DNA from: an uncultured Elusimicrobiaceae bacterium
Lineage (GTDB): Bacteria; Elusimicrobiota; Elusimicrobia; Elusimicrobiales; UBA9959
DNA: 54,425 bases
NCBI GenBank assembly: GCA_964587805.1
Contig: CAZPMW010000002.1
Coordinates: forward strand, 1 to 54,425
Reading direction: 5' to 3'
In this document: positions 1 to 9,299 of the stretch, in pieces
How positions within the stretch are numbered: the first letter of the stretch is position 1
Layout of the letters: each line of letters begins with the position of its first letter
The notes under the pieces: model-generated
Database searches by the model: none
What the model saw: only the letters and a program-made list of their open reading frames with translations
Told to the model about the DNA's origin: nothing
Made by a program: the position numbers and the translations under genes

Positions 1-62
1 GACTAGATGTTTTCCGCGAGCGAAAGCACCCGGTGCGGCATCTGGGGGGTTGCAAGAAGCCG

Positions 63-728
63 TTAAAGGCCGAGCGTGAAGTCTTCCAGCAGTTTTTCTC
101 TCCGTGCGAACCGGATCTGGACTTTGGTCAGCAGGCTGCGGAACTCGTCCGGATGGAGGTGTTTGAAGGAGAGGTCTTCAAGCTCCGATTTCAGGTGAAA
201 GATGCCCAGGCGCTGGGCCAGCGGGGCGTAGAGCGAAAGGGTCTCGTGGCTTATCTCCAGCTGCTTCTCCGGGGAGAGGAAGTTAAGGGTACGCATGTTG
301 TGGAGGCGGTCGGCCAGCTTGATCACGATGACGCGTATGTCCTTAGCCGTGGCCAGTATCATCTTGCGCCAGTTCTCGGCCTGCGCCACATCGCGCGAGG
401 AGAATTTCAGGGTCTCTATCTTCGTAACGCCCATTACCAGGGAGTAAATCTCCTCCCCGAACTCTTTCCTGAAGGTGTCATGGGAGACCGTGGTGTCCTC
501 AAGGACATCGTGCAGGAGCCCCGCCGCGATGGTCTCCAGGTCCATCTTGAAATCAGCCAGGATCTCGGTCACGGCCGCGCAGTGGATGAAGTAAACCTCG
601 CCGGAGGCGCGCTTCTGGTTGATATGCGCGTCCCTGGAGAACTGCCAGGCGTATTCCAGCTTGGTAGTATCTTCTGAGGAATATTCCCGGAATTTCTTAA
701 GCAGGTCTTCAAGTTCCATATGTCGCAC
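63..728 (-). CDS. RelA/SpoT-family (p)ppGpp hydrolase HD domain. The ORF ends at an in-frame TAA (63-65) before any synthetase domain, so it is either frameshifted or a stand-alone hydrolase.
   Basis: HD-domain motifs 'FIHCAAVTEILA', 'LLHDVLEDT' and 'IKLADRLHNMRTL'. GAGGGG RBS lies upstream of the ATG at 728. A different minus-strand frame of nt 1-62 reads '...GAFARGKHLV', resembling the GRxKHxYS start of Rel synthetase domains. Confidence 0.8.
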   Translation of the reverse strand: MRHMELEDLLKKFREYSSEDTTKLEYAWQFSRDAHINQKRASGEVYFIHCAAVTEILADFKMDLETIAAGLLHDVLEDTTVSHDTFRKEFGEEIYSLVMGVTKIETLKFSSRDVAQAENWRKMILATAKDIRVIVIKLADRLHNMRTLNFLSPEKQLEISHETLSLYAPLAQRLGIFHLKSELEDLSFKHLHPDEFRSLLTKVQIRFARREKLLEDFTLGL

Positions 729-952
729 CCCTCGCTTAAAGCTCGGGGCGGATTACCGCCGGGCTTTTAAGGTAACGCCCGGTGCTCCCCAAGGGGGGCG
801 CTGCCCCCCGTTCAATCGGCGCTCGCTCCCTGCGCTTCGCTTGGGCCGTTTGCGGGCCAGAGGCCTTTGATACGGCACTGCCACTGGCTTGTCGCGTCGC
901 TGAACCCTCCGAAGTTGAAATCATCTTAACACAAAGGTCTTTGCTGCCTTTT

Positions 953-2713
953 TCAGCTCTGGGCTTCGTACAGGCCTTTGTACAGGCCGCAGGCGGCCAG
1001 CAGCTGCTCGTGGGTGCCGGTTTCGGCCAGCGCTCCCCTCTTGAGCACAAAGATCTTGTCAGCGTTCTTCACTGTTGAAAGGCGGTGCGCCACCATGACC
1101 ACGGTTCGGCCGCCAAGTATCTTTTCTATGGCGGCCTGCACGGCCTGTTCGCTGGCGGTGTCCAGATTGGAGGTCGCTTCGTCAAGAAGGAGGATCTTCG
1201 GCTTCTTTATTATAGCGCGGGCGATAGCCAGCCGCTGGCGCTGCCCGCCGGAAAGCTTTATCCCTCGCTCTCCAAGGATGGTATCGTAGCCGAGCGGCAT
1301 GGCGCTTATGAAATCGTGCACGTCCGCGGCTTTCGCGGCCGCTGTCACCTCCTCCATGGAGGCGCCGGGTAGGCCGATGGTAATATTCTTGTAAACCGTG
1401 TCATCGAACAGTATGGTGTCCTGCGTGACGAGCCCCATGTGGGCGCGCAGGTCGGTGGTGTCTACGTCCTTCATGTCGTGCCCGTCCATCAGAATTCCGC
1501 CGGTAAGAGGATCGAAGAAGCGCAGCAGCAGGTGGATGATGGTGGTTTTGCCAGAGCCCGACGGCCCCACAAAGGCGGCCACTTCGCCCGGGTTAATGGT
1601 GAAGGACAGGTCTTTGAGCACCTGCGTGTCGCGCGACGGATATTTGTAACTGACGCCCCTGAACTCTATCTTCCCCTCAAGGCTGTCTATGTTCTTCGGG
1701 CTGGCGGCCACGATCACCGTCGGCTTATCCTCCAGGATCTGGTAAATGCGCTCCCAGGAGGCCATACCCATTTGCAGCTTGGCGTTCAGGTTGGCGATAT
1801 TTTTAAGCGGCATGTAGGCGGTGACGAATCCGACCATAAAGGAGAAAAACGATTCCGGGGTCATAGTGCCGGCGAATATGGCGCGGCCGCTCAGGGCGAT
1901 TATCACGATAACGATCATGCTGCCCACAAACTCCATTATGGGCCCGGCCATGGCCGTGGCGCGCAGATAGCGCATCATTTTGGAAAAATAGTCATCGTTG
2001 GTCACGCGAAATTTGGCTATGGCCTGCTCCTCATAATTAAAGGCCTTCACCACGGTGATACCCTGCAGGCTTTCCTGGAACTTGTGGGAGATCTCGCCTA
2101 CCAGGATATTGCTCTCTACGCTCGCCTTCCGCATTTTTTTACCGAGCATGCCAAGGATCACGCCGGTCATCGGCAGGATCAGGAGGGAGAGTATGGCGAA
2201 GTGCCAGTTTATGAAAAAAAGTATGCTCAGACAGGAAATGACGGTCAATACGTCCCGTATTCCGTAGAGCGGCAGGAACTGGACGGTGGACTGGACATTG
2301 TTAAGATCGTTGATGACGCGGCTCATCACATCCGAAGAGCGGTTGCGCCAGTAGAACTCTATGGAAAGGCGGTGTATGTGCGTGAAAAGGTCGTCCCTGA
2401 TCTGCTGGACCACTTTTTGCCCGATCCAGCTCATCAGGTAGGCGTTGATGTATTCCGCGGCCATCCGGAGAACGAAAACCACTGGAAGGCCGATAATGAT
2501 CAGCTTCAGGATGGCGAAGTCCCTGTCGATGAAGACGCCCTTGATCACCGGTCCGCAGATGTATACCACCCCGCCGCGGATGGCGGCCAGGCAGAGCATG
2601 GATATCGCGGCCTGGGCGAAGCGCAGCTTGTAGGGCTTCACATAGGCGAACAGAGCGCGGGCCAGCAGCTTGAGCTGGGCAGGTTTAATGCGGGTCGCTT
2701 TGGGGTCGGGCAT
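953..2713 (-). CDS. msbA: ABC exporter, fused permease/ATPase, MsbA-like lipid A flippase
   Basis: 586 aa. N-terminal multi-TM half, Walker A 'GPSGSGKTT', signature 'LSGGQRQRLAIARA', Walker B 'ILLLDEATSNLD'. Last gene of the lpx cluster, directly after lpxB. Confidence 0.8.
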   Translation of the reverse strand: MPDPKATRIKPAQLKLLARALFAYVKPYKLRFAQAAISMLCLAAIRGGVVYICGPVIKGVFIDRDFAILKLIIIGLPVVFVLRMAAEYINAYLMSWIGQKVVQQIRDDLFTHIHRLSIEFYWRNRSSDVMSRVINDLNNVQSTVQFLPLYGIRDVLTVISCLSILFFINWHFAILSLLILPMTGVILGMLGKKMRKASVESNILVGEISHKFQESLQGITVVKAFNYEEQAIAKFRVTNDDYFSKMMRYLRATAMAGPIMEFVGSMIVIVIIALSGRAIFAGTMTPESFFSFMVGFVTAYMPLKNIANLNAKLQMGMASWERIYQILEDKPTVIVAASPKNIDSLEGKIEFRGVSYKYPSRDTQVLKDLSFTINPGEVAAFVGPSGSGKTTIIHLLLRFFDPLTGGILMDGHDMKDVDTTDLRAHMGLVTQDTILFDDTVYKNITIGLPGASMEEVTAAAKAADVHDFISAMPLGYDTILGERGIKLSGGQRQRLAIARAIIKKPKILLLDEATSNLDTASEQAVQAAIEKILGGRTVVMVAHRLSTVKNADKIFVLKRGALAETGTHEQLLAACGLYKGLYEAQS

Positions 2714-2728
2714 AAGTCAGGGCGCGGG

Positions 2729-2822
2729 CGTAAATAGTAAGTGGTGAATCGTAAATCGAAAAAAGCGTCTGGAACCAGCTGACCAGTTGCGCTTTACGGT
2801 TTGCGTTCCATGCTTCACTTTA
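2729..2822. repeat. Heptamer-periodic inverted-repeat element, CGTAAAT class, copy A (degenerate)
   Basis: 5' arm is CGTAAAT AGTAAGT GGTGAAT CGTAAAT CG (2729-2758). The complementary degenerate arm ...CTTTACGGTTTGCGTTCCATGCTTCACTTTA is at about 2789-2822 and overlaps the lpxB stop codon (2815-2817). Confidence 0.6.
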
Positions 2823-3963
2823 ATTGAGCGAGTATTTTTTCAGCCGCGCGGTCCGCGGCGCCCGGGCTGCCAAGCATGCCGCGCAGGCCCAGAAATTCCT
2901 TGCGCATAGCGGCCATTTTGGGCGGATTATTGAGGAGGGACAAAGCCTCCTGCGCCAGCGCGTCCGGGTTCGCTTTCTCCTGCATCAGCTCTTTTACCAC
3001 CGGGCGCTTAAGAAGGATGTTGGCCAGCGAGATATACCGGACGTTTGCGATGCGGCTGGCTATCGCGAAACTGAATTTTGCCATCTTATAGGCCACGGCC
3101 ATGGGAATGCCCATCAGCGCGTTTTCCAGCGTGGCTGTTCCGGAGCAGGTGAAAGCGAAATCCATGGTCGAGCGGATTTTGTAGTCCTCTTCGCGGACTA
3201 TCTCTATATCCTTTGACCAGTATCTGTCTATGCCTTCCAGCGCCGGGATCAGCTTCTCGTCAGGAAATTCCGGCACGGCAAAAACATAGGCTCTGGCGTT
3301 GGGGTAAACGGATTTGATCTTATAGAAGGCCTGAATAAATATAACAAGGTGGCGGGCGATCTCCGATTTTCGCGAGCCGGGCAGGATGCCAATCCGGAAG
3401 GCGCACTCTTCCGGCAGGTCAGGCTTATCAACGGGAGCGGGCACGCTGTCCAGCAGGGGATGCCCGACAAAGGACGCGCTGCCGCCGGCTTTCCTGTAGA
3501 TCTCCTCCTCAAAGGGGAAGATGACCAGCGCTTCTTTGACCAGGCGGGCGATCTTGGCCGCGCGGCCGGGCCTGGTGGCCCAGACCTGGGGGGTTACGTA
3601 ATAGAAAGAGGGAATATTGCGGTGCGCCGCGAGGCCTAGAACCTGGTGGTTAAAGCCGTAGAAGTCAACGGCGATCACGCAGCCGGGACGCTTCTCTTCC
3701 AGATAGCGGCGGACCAGGCGGATAAGCTTCAGCCAGAGAAAAAAATTCTTGAACGGTTCCGCAAATCCCACAGCGCCCACCGAGACAAGATTGTAGATGA
3801 AGTGGGTAGAGGCGGCCCGCATCCGGCCGCCGCCGATAGATGTGACGGACAGCTCGGGATCCCGGGCTTTTAGCGCCTTGATAAGCCCTGCCGCGTGGGC
3901 GTCGCCTGACGGGTCGCCGGCCACTACCAGGATGTTTTTGGTCGTTGGAATTATTGTTGCCAT
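2815..3963 (-). CDS. lpxB: Lipid-A-disaccharide synthase
   Basis: 382 aa. N-terminal 'ILVVAGDPSGDAHAAGLIKAL' is typical of GT19 LpxB. Its start overlaps the stop of the upstream oxidoreductase (TAATG). Confidence 0.9.
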   Translation of the reverse strand: MATIIPTTKNILVVAGDPSGDAHAAGLIKALKARDPELSVTSIGGGRMRAASTHFIYNLVSVGAVGFAEPFKNFFLWLKLIRLVRRYLEEKRPGCVIAVDFYGFNHQVLGLAAHRNIPSFYYVTPQVWATRPGRAAKIARLVKEALVIFPFEEEIYRKAGGSASFVGHPLLDSVPAPVDKPDLPEECAFRIGILPGSRKSEIARHLVIFIQAFYKIKSVYPNARAYVFAVPEFPDEKLIPALEGIDRYWSKDIEIVREEDYKIRSTMDFAFTCSGTATLENALMGIPMAVAYKMAKFSFAIASRIANVRYISLANILLKRPVVKELMQEKANPDALAQEALSLLNNPPKMAAMRKEFLGLRGMLGSPGAADRAAEKILAQLK

Positions 3964-5045
3964 TAAGATTTATCTATGCCGGAGTTTTTCAGCCCTTCTT
4001 CCACTATCATCCGGGTCGCCCCGCCGATGTCGCCCAGAGAGCGGGCGAGCGAGGGTTTGGCCTCCGGCGTCCTGGCGCCTGAAAGCTCGTAGCGCTTGAG
4101 GGAGTCAGTGATGTCCAGCGCGAGCCGCAGCGCTTTAAGGCCTTTCTCTCCGCTTGGGCCGGGTTTCTTGGAGGTGTTGATGCAGTCTATGAAATGATAC
4201 AGCTCCTCTTTTATCGGCTCCTTTCTCTCTATTTTCGGGAAAATAATCTCTACGTCTTTGAGGGACTTGAGCACCGGCACTTTCTTTTTATATATCTTAA
4301 GGCGGGCGCTGATATAGTCGATGGACAGGTAGGAATCTTCCTGGTAGATGCGCATGCGGCGCGAGCGCTCCATCGTTACGCGGCTGGCGGTGATATCGGC
4401 TATGCAGCCGTTCTTGAATTTGATGCGGACGTTGGTGATGTCCTCGTGCCCGGAGAGTATGCTGGCGCCTACCGCCTCGAAGCTGTCGATAGGGGAGTCT
4501 ATCATGGTAAGGATGATATCCAGATCGTGGATCATCAGATCCAGCGTCACCCCAATGGCCGACATTCTCGGGTCATAGGGCCCCAGGCGCTCGATGGAGA
4601 CAAAGCGGGGTTTTTTGACATGCTTAAGCGTCTCTATTACAGCCGGATTAAAGCGCTCTACATGGCCGACCTGAAGCACTACTTTTTTCAGTTCCGCGAG
4701 GGCCAGCAGTTTGCGCGCGTCCTCAACGGAGTTGGTGATGGGCTTTTCCACCATGCAGTGCACGCCGGCTTCCATGGCTTTTATGGCGATCTCAGCGTGA
4801 TATTCGGTGGGAACGGCCACCACTAAAGCGTCAACCTGCGGAAGGAGATCGGAGAAGTCCTTATAGGCCAGCGAGTTATATTTCCAGGCCAGCACTTGCG
4901 CCTGCAGCAGATTGGCGTCGGAAACGCCCACCAGCTCTACCTCCGGCATCTTCGCGAGGGTCCGGATATGGTAGGTCCCTATCTTGCCCGCGCCGATGAC
5001 GCCAAAGCGCATTTTCTTCACATTTGCAGCCGGTTTCTCAGCCAT
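3963..5045 (-). CDS. Gfo/Idh/MocA-family NAD-dependent oxidoreductase embedded in the lpx cluster (GnnA-like candidate)
   Basis: Rossmann motif 'MRFGVIGAGKIG', 'EKP' motif 'CMVEKPIT', 360 aa. GGGAGA RBS lies 8 nt upstream of the ATG at 5045. Confidence 0.8.
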   Translation of the reverse strand: MAEKPAANVKKMRFGVIGAGKIGTYHIRTLAKMPEVELVGVSDANLLQAQVLAWKYNSLAYKDFSDLLPQVDALVVAVPTEYHAEIAIKAMEAGVHCMVEKPITNSVEDARKLLALAELKKVVLQVGHVERFNPAVIETLKHVKKPRFVSIERLGPYDPRMSAIGVTLDLMIHDLDIILTMIDSPIDSFEAVGASILSGHEDITNVRIKFKNGCIADITASRVTMERSRRMRIYQEDSYLSIDYISARLKIYKKKVPVLKSLKDVEIIFPKIERKEPIKEELYHFIDCINTSKKPGPSGEKGLKALRLALDITDSLKRYELSGARTPEAKPSLARSLGDIGGATRMIVEEGLKNSGIDKS

Positions 5046-5195
5046 AAATCAATCTCCCAGTAAAAATGCCGGTACCGCAGTCGGTGTATGTCAATTTTAC
5101 TATATTTATAAGGCTTTCGCATGGCCGGGATGAGGCGGCCCTGTCTGAGGAGTTATGCGGATGGTTAGGGGCGAAACGTAAGAGAGCCGGGGCTT

Positions 5196-6056
5196 TCAGC
5201 TTCCCTGTGGGAATTCACCGGAGTCCATGGCGGCCACCGTAATATCATAATCCGCGGCTTTCGCCAGGAACGCTTCCTTATCCAGGATAAGGGTTTTTCC
5301 GGCCTCAATCGCCAAAATCGCCGCGCCGGCTTCGCGCATGCTCTCAAGCGTAGTGGACCCTACGACCGGCAGGTCGAAGCGCATATCCTGATCCGGGCGC
5401 GCCACTTTCACCACCGCCAGACCGGGGAGACGTTTTCCCGCCTCTGCGCCGCCGGCGCGCAGCACGGCCCCGGCCCGCTTGATACATTCGTCGGTGCCCT
5501 CCTGGGCCTCGGCGGCGATTACCACCCGGTCCTTGAGCACAACGGTAAGCCCTATATCCAGCCCGGCCAGGGTTTTGGCGGCCTTCCAGCCGAAACCTAT
5601 GTTCTGCAGGGCGTCCTGGTCGGGCCGGCGGCCTGAAAGAATGCCGGAAGCCGGCATCAGGTGCTCCAGAAAGGTGGCTGAATTAACCAGTTCTATCCCG
5701 TCTTTCTTGAGTTCGTCGGCCAAAGCGCCCAAAAGAGAGTTGGCTTTTCTATCCTTCAGGGTCAACAGGAGCTTCGCCGCGCGCAGGTCCGGCATGATGC
5801 CGCCGAAGATGGACACATGCGGCACTTTGCCAGCCATCAGCACTTTGTCCACGCCGGCTTTTTTCAGGAAATTGATTGGCGCGGAGATCCCGCCCAGCTT
5901 GAAATATTCAGTGGCGGCCGCGTACCGCTCTATCTCCGCGGGCGTGATGCCCTTCAGGCCGATGACGAAAACGTCGTACCCCAGGCTTTTAGCTTCTTTG
6001 GCGAACAGCAGAGGAAACGCCCCGCCCCCCGCGATAAGGCCTATCTTTTTTTCCAT
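5196..6056 (-). CDS. lpxI: UDP-2,3-diacylglucosamine diphosphatase LpxI (DUF1009 family)
   Basis: 286 aa. N-terminal 'IGLIAGGGAFPLLFAKEAK'. Positioned between lpxA and lpxB, as in LpxI-using bacteria. Confidence 0.8.
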   Translation of the reverse strand: MEKKIGLIAGGGAFPLLFAKEAKSLGYDVFVIGLKGITPAEIERYAAATEYFKLGGISAPINFLKKAGVDKVLMAGKVPHVSIFGGIMPDLRAAKLLLTLKDRKANSLLGALADELKKDGIELVNSATFLEHLMPASGILSGRRPDQDALQNIGFGWKAAKTLAGLDIGLTVVLKDRVVIAAEAQEGTDECIKRAGAVLRAGGAEAGKRLPGLAVVKVARPDQDMRFDLPVVGSTTLESMREAGAAILAIEAGKTLILDKEAFLAKAADYDITVAAMDSGEFPQGS

Positions 6057-6057
6057 T

Positions 6058-6867
6058 TTATTCCGCTGCGCCGGCCATAAGCGCCGCGCCGCGCCGGGGG
6101 CGGGCCACCCCGCGCTTGGACGCCTCGCAGAACTCCACCATGTGCATGGCTTCCGGTGAGAGCCGTTCGCCCTTCAGGCGGGCGATCGCGTCTTTCAGCA
6201 GATAGCCCCCGAAGAAAAGTGTTTTATACGTGTATTTGATGGACTTTATGCTTTCGAGCGTGACGCCGTTGCGCTTGAGCCCGACCAGGTTCAGCCCGGC
6301 TGGCTTAGCCCGGTCGCCCCGTACCGAACAGTAGGGGAGAATGTCCTGGTTCGCCATGGATCCGCCGGAAAGCATGGCCAGCGTCCCCACGCGAGTGAAC
6401 TGGTGTATGGCTGCCAGCCCGGATATGATGGCCTTGTCCTCTATGACAACATGACCGGCCGCGACCGCGGAGTTGACCATTATGATATTGTTGCCGATGC
6501 GGCAATCGTGCCCCACGTGAGAGTTGCACATGAACATGCAGCCGGAGCCTATGGTGGTTATGCCGGTAAGCGGAGAGCCGCGGTGCAGGGAAACGCCCTC
6601 GCGGATAATATTGGAGTCGCCTATGACCAGGCGGGTCGGCTCGCCGTGGTATTTGTAATCCTGTGGCGGCATCCCGATGAAAGCGTGGCCGGTGAGCTGG
6701 TTATTCTTCCCCAATTCGGAGAATTCGATGATCGAATGCGGCCCGACGCGGGTGCCGGCTCCTATCTTTACGTTTTCGCCTATGACCGCGTAGGGGCCTA
6801 TTTCCACGTCCTGGTCCAGCAGGGCGGTGTTATGGATTATTGCCGTGGGGTGAATTTTGGCTGACAT
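6058..6867 (-). CDS. lpxA: Acyl-ACP--UDP-N-acetylglucosamine O-acyltransferase
   Basis: 269 aa. Left-handed beta-helix hexapeptide repeats ('IHPTAIIH', 'VEIGPYAVIGENVKIG') plus a C-terminal helical domain. Follows fabZ. Confidence 0.9.
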   Translation of the reverse strand: MSAKIHPTAIIHNTALLDQDVEIGPYAVIGENVKIGAGTRVGPHSIIEFSELGKNNQLTGHAFIGMPPQDYKYHGEPTRLVIGDSNIIREGVSLHRGSPLTGITTIGSGCMFMCNSHVGHDCRIGNNIIMVNSAVAAGHVVIEDKAIISGLAAIHQFTRVGTLAMLSGGSMANQDILPYCSVRGDRAKPAGLNLVGLKRNGVTLESIKSIKYTYKTLFFGGYLLKDAIARLKGERLSPEAMHMVEFCEASKRGVARPRRGAALMAGAAE

Positions 6868-6923
6868 GGTTCCTCCGTGTATCTCCCCTCATTAAATCTG
6901 CGCGCGGCCGGTGATTTGCCCGG

Positions 6924-7385
6924 CTAGTCTACAGCCGCGATGAATTCCGCCTCGGCAGCGAGCTCCCGGCCCACGAAAGCGGTCCCCTGAAGCTTGCCGA
7001 TCTTTCCCTTAAAGCGGATTATTTCCACGTAAAGCTTCAGCACATCCCCGGGAACTACGAGGCGGCGGAACTTGGCCCGGTTTATCCCGGCGAAGTAGGC
7101 GAAACGCCCGCGCACCTCCGGCAGCGACATCATCATGGCTGCCGCCGTCTGCGCCATGGCCTCCAGTATCAGCACCCCGGGAAAAATAGGTTTCCCCGGG
7201 AAGTGGCCGTGGAAATAGGGCTCGTTGGCCGAGACGCATTTAATGCCGGCGCAACGCTTGTTCTCCTCAATGATCTCCACTTTATCCACCAGCAGGAAAG
7301 GGTAGCGGTGGGGGATTATTGTAAGGATGTCCTGGCAGGAGATAATCCTTACAGGGGTATATTCCGGGGGCTTAAGGTCGTTCAT
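6924..7385 (-). CDS. fabZ: 3-hydroxyacyl-ACP dehydratase FabZ
   Basis: 153 aa. Motifs '[12 protein letters not shown]' and '[19 protein letters not shown]'. Confidence 0.95.
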   Translation of the reverse strand: MNDLKPPEYTPVRIISCQDILTIIPHRYPFLLVDKVEIIEENKRCAGIKCVSANEPYFHGHFPGKPIFPGVLILEAMAQTAAAMMMSLPEVRGRFAYFAGINRAKFRRLVVPGDVLKLYVEIIRFKGKIGKLQGTAFVGRELAAEAEFIAAVD

Positions 7386-8263
7386 TTAGTCTTCCAGGCC
7401 TCGTGTTTCTCCATTAACATTTTAGCAAAATTCACATTGCTCTTGTGGCTGGTGTAGCTCGCTTCCACGCGCAGGTTATCCAGCGCCAGCCCGGTAAGAG
7501 CCAGGTCGCCTATAAGGTCCAGCAGCTTGTGGCGCGCCAGTTCGTCAGGGAAGCGCAGGCGGCCCTCGGCGCTCAAAAAAGCGTTGTCGTCTATGATGAC
7601 GGAATTCTCAAGCGAGCCGCCAAGCGCCAGCCCCGCGGCGCGCAGGCCGGCCACCTCGTGCTTAAACCCGAAAGTTCTGGCGGGGGCCACTTCAGCCAGG
7701 TAGCTGGCCGGCGTCAGGGCGAGCGCGACGGTCTGCTCGCCGATAAGCGGGTGGGGATGAGTGAAGGTCATTTTAAAGAACAGGGAGTCCGAGGGCGAGG
7801 CTTTATAGGAGGCTTTTTCAAAAACATATTCCAGCGGCTGATCAAGAAGCAACGGTCTCCTTTGCTGCTGCGGCTTCTCCGCTATACCGGCGTTAATAAG
7901 CGCTTTGGCAAAAGGCAGAGCCGAGCCGTCGCAGGCCGGCGGTTCCTCGCCGTCCATGGCTATGTCGAGATCGTCTATGCCGAGCCCGGCGCAGGCCGAG
8001 AGGATGTGTTCTACGGTGTAGATCATCCCGGAGCCGGCTGACAGGTTTGTGCCGCGCACCGTGGCCGCGATATTTGCCAGCGAGGCCTCGATCGGGCCCG
8101 TGCCCGCCGGAGTTTTTCCGGAGGCCGGCGCTCCCGGCTGCAGGGCCGGTAAAAAGCGGATCCCGGTGGCCCCGGCCGCTGGTAAAAACGCGATCGAGGA
8201 CGGTCGGCCCTTATGAAGGCCGACGCCGGTCATCTCCGTCTTTTCGGACAGTGTTCGCCGCAT
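7382..8263 (-). CDS. lpxC: UDP-3-O-acyl-N-acetylglucosamine deacetylase
   Basis: 293 aa. Motifs '[19 protein letters not shown]' and '[12 protein letters not shown]'. 4-nt overlap with the fabZ start. Confidence 0.9.
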   Translation of the reverse strand: MRRTLSEKTEMTGVGLHKGRPSSIAFLPAAGATGIRFLPALQPGAPASGKTPAGTGPIEASLANIAATVRGTNLSAGSGMIYTVEHILSACAGLGIDDLDIAMDGEEPPACDGSALPFAKALINAGIAEKPQQQRRPLLLDQPLEYVFEKASYKASPSDSLFFKMTFTHPHPLIGEQTVALALTPASYLAEVAPARTFGFKHEVAGLRAAGLALGGSLENSVIIDDNAFLSAEGRLRFPDELARHKLLDLIGDLALTGLALDNLRVEASYTSHKSNVNFAKMLMEKHEAWKTK

Positions 8264-8273
8264 AGGCCGTGCG

Positions 8274-9299
8274 TCAAAGCAGCTTTTTCCTGAGCTTCTG
8301 AACGGTGTGGTACATCTCCGGCAGTTTAGAAAGCAGGACCTCGACCTTCATGGCCAGCAGGCGCGGGCGCCCCGTGTGCCCGAACACCACTTGTCCCGCG
8401 GCCAGGTCGGCCATAATGCCGGTCTTGGCCATCACGACGGCGTTTTTCCCTATGGTTACGTGGTCGGAGATTCCGGCCTGGCCGCCTATGATAGCGTTAT
8501 CCCCTACAGAGACGGAGCCGGCTATGGCGGCCTGCGCCATTATCAGGCAGTTTCTGCCTATGCGCACGTTGTGCGCGATGTGAACCATATTGTCAAGCTT
8601 GGAGCCTGCGCCGATAACCGTGGCGTCCAGCGCCGCGCGGTCGATGGCGGAGTTGGCGCCTATTTCGACATCGTCTTCTATAACCACCCTGCCTACCTGC
8701 GGCATCTTCTGGTGTGTTCCGGAGACATTGATATAGCCGTACCCGTCGGAGCCTATTACCACTCCGGGATGCAAAATAACATTCCTGCCGATGGAGCAGC
8801 GCTCCCGCACCGTCACATTGGGATAAAGCCTTGAGCCCTCGCCTATATGCGATTCTGCGCCCACATAGCAGCCAGCGGAGATAACGGCGTTGGCTCCTAT
8901 CTCAGCCGCTTCCTCTACCACCGCGTGCGGGCCGATGTAGACGCCCGCTCCCAGCTTGGCGCCCGGGGCGACCACGGCCGAGGGATGAATCCCCGGCTGC
9001 GGAAGCGGGTTCAGCTCTTTATCAAATTTAGAAAGAACGCGGGCAAAGGCCTGCTTCGGGTCTTTGATGAAAATAACGGCGCCCGCCCTGGCGGCCAGCG
9101 CGCTTTTAGCATCAAGGGGCGCTATCAGGCAGCCGGCCGGCCGGCTGCCTGTCCAGGCGGCGCCCGCCGCTTTTTCCAAAAAAGCAAGATCGGTCGCGCT
9201 CGCGGTCAGCAGCGGCCTGGCGCCGGTTATCGGTGACGCGGCCGGGCCCTGCAGCTCTCCGCCGATAAAAGCGGCTATCTCGGCTGGCGTGGTCTTCAT
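8274..9299 (-). CDS. lpxD: UDP-3-O-(3-hydroxyacyl)glucosamine N-acyltransferase
   Basis: 341 aa. N-terminal uridine-binding region, long hexapeptide-repeat beta-helix, C-terminal helix. 4-nt overlap with the upstream skp. Confidence 0.9.
   Translation of the reverse strand: MKTTPAEIAAFIGGELQGPAASPITGARPLLTASATDLAFLEKAAGAAWTGSRPAGCLIAPLDAKSALAARAGAVIFIKDPKQAFARVLSKFDKELNPLPQPGIHPSAVVAPGAKLGAGVYIGPHAVVEEAAEIGANAVISAGCYVGAESHIGEGSRLYPNVTVRERCSIGRNVILHPGVVIGSDGYGYINVSGTHQKMPQVGRVVIEDDVEIGANSAIDRAALDATVIGAGSKLDNMVHIAHNVRIGRNCLIMAQAAIAGSVSVGDNAIIGGQAGISDHVTIGKNAVVMAKTGIMADLAAGQVVFGHTGRPRLLAMKVEVLLSKLPEMYHTVQKLRKKLL

Noticed and set aside
728-953. 225-bp msbA-relA intergenic region as a small RNA gene or strong terminator. 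It contains GGGGGGC-GCT-GCCCCCC at 793-809 and several short GC hairpins.
   Set aside because: The hairpins are short, no U tract follows on the minus strand, and nothing resembles SRP, 6S, tmRNA or RNase P core motifs. The 98-104 aa ORFs here (736-1050, 782-1078) are low-complexity and overlap the msbA 3' end.
5046-5195. Internal promoter in the lpxI-oxidoreductase gap (TTGACA on the minus strand at 5089-5094, AT-rich TATAAATATAGTAAAAT nearby).
   Set aside because: No acceptable -10 hexamer lies at 16-19 nt spacing from the TTGACA, and the alternative pairings are weak. It is plausible but not supportable without TSS data.
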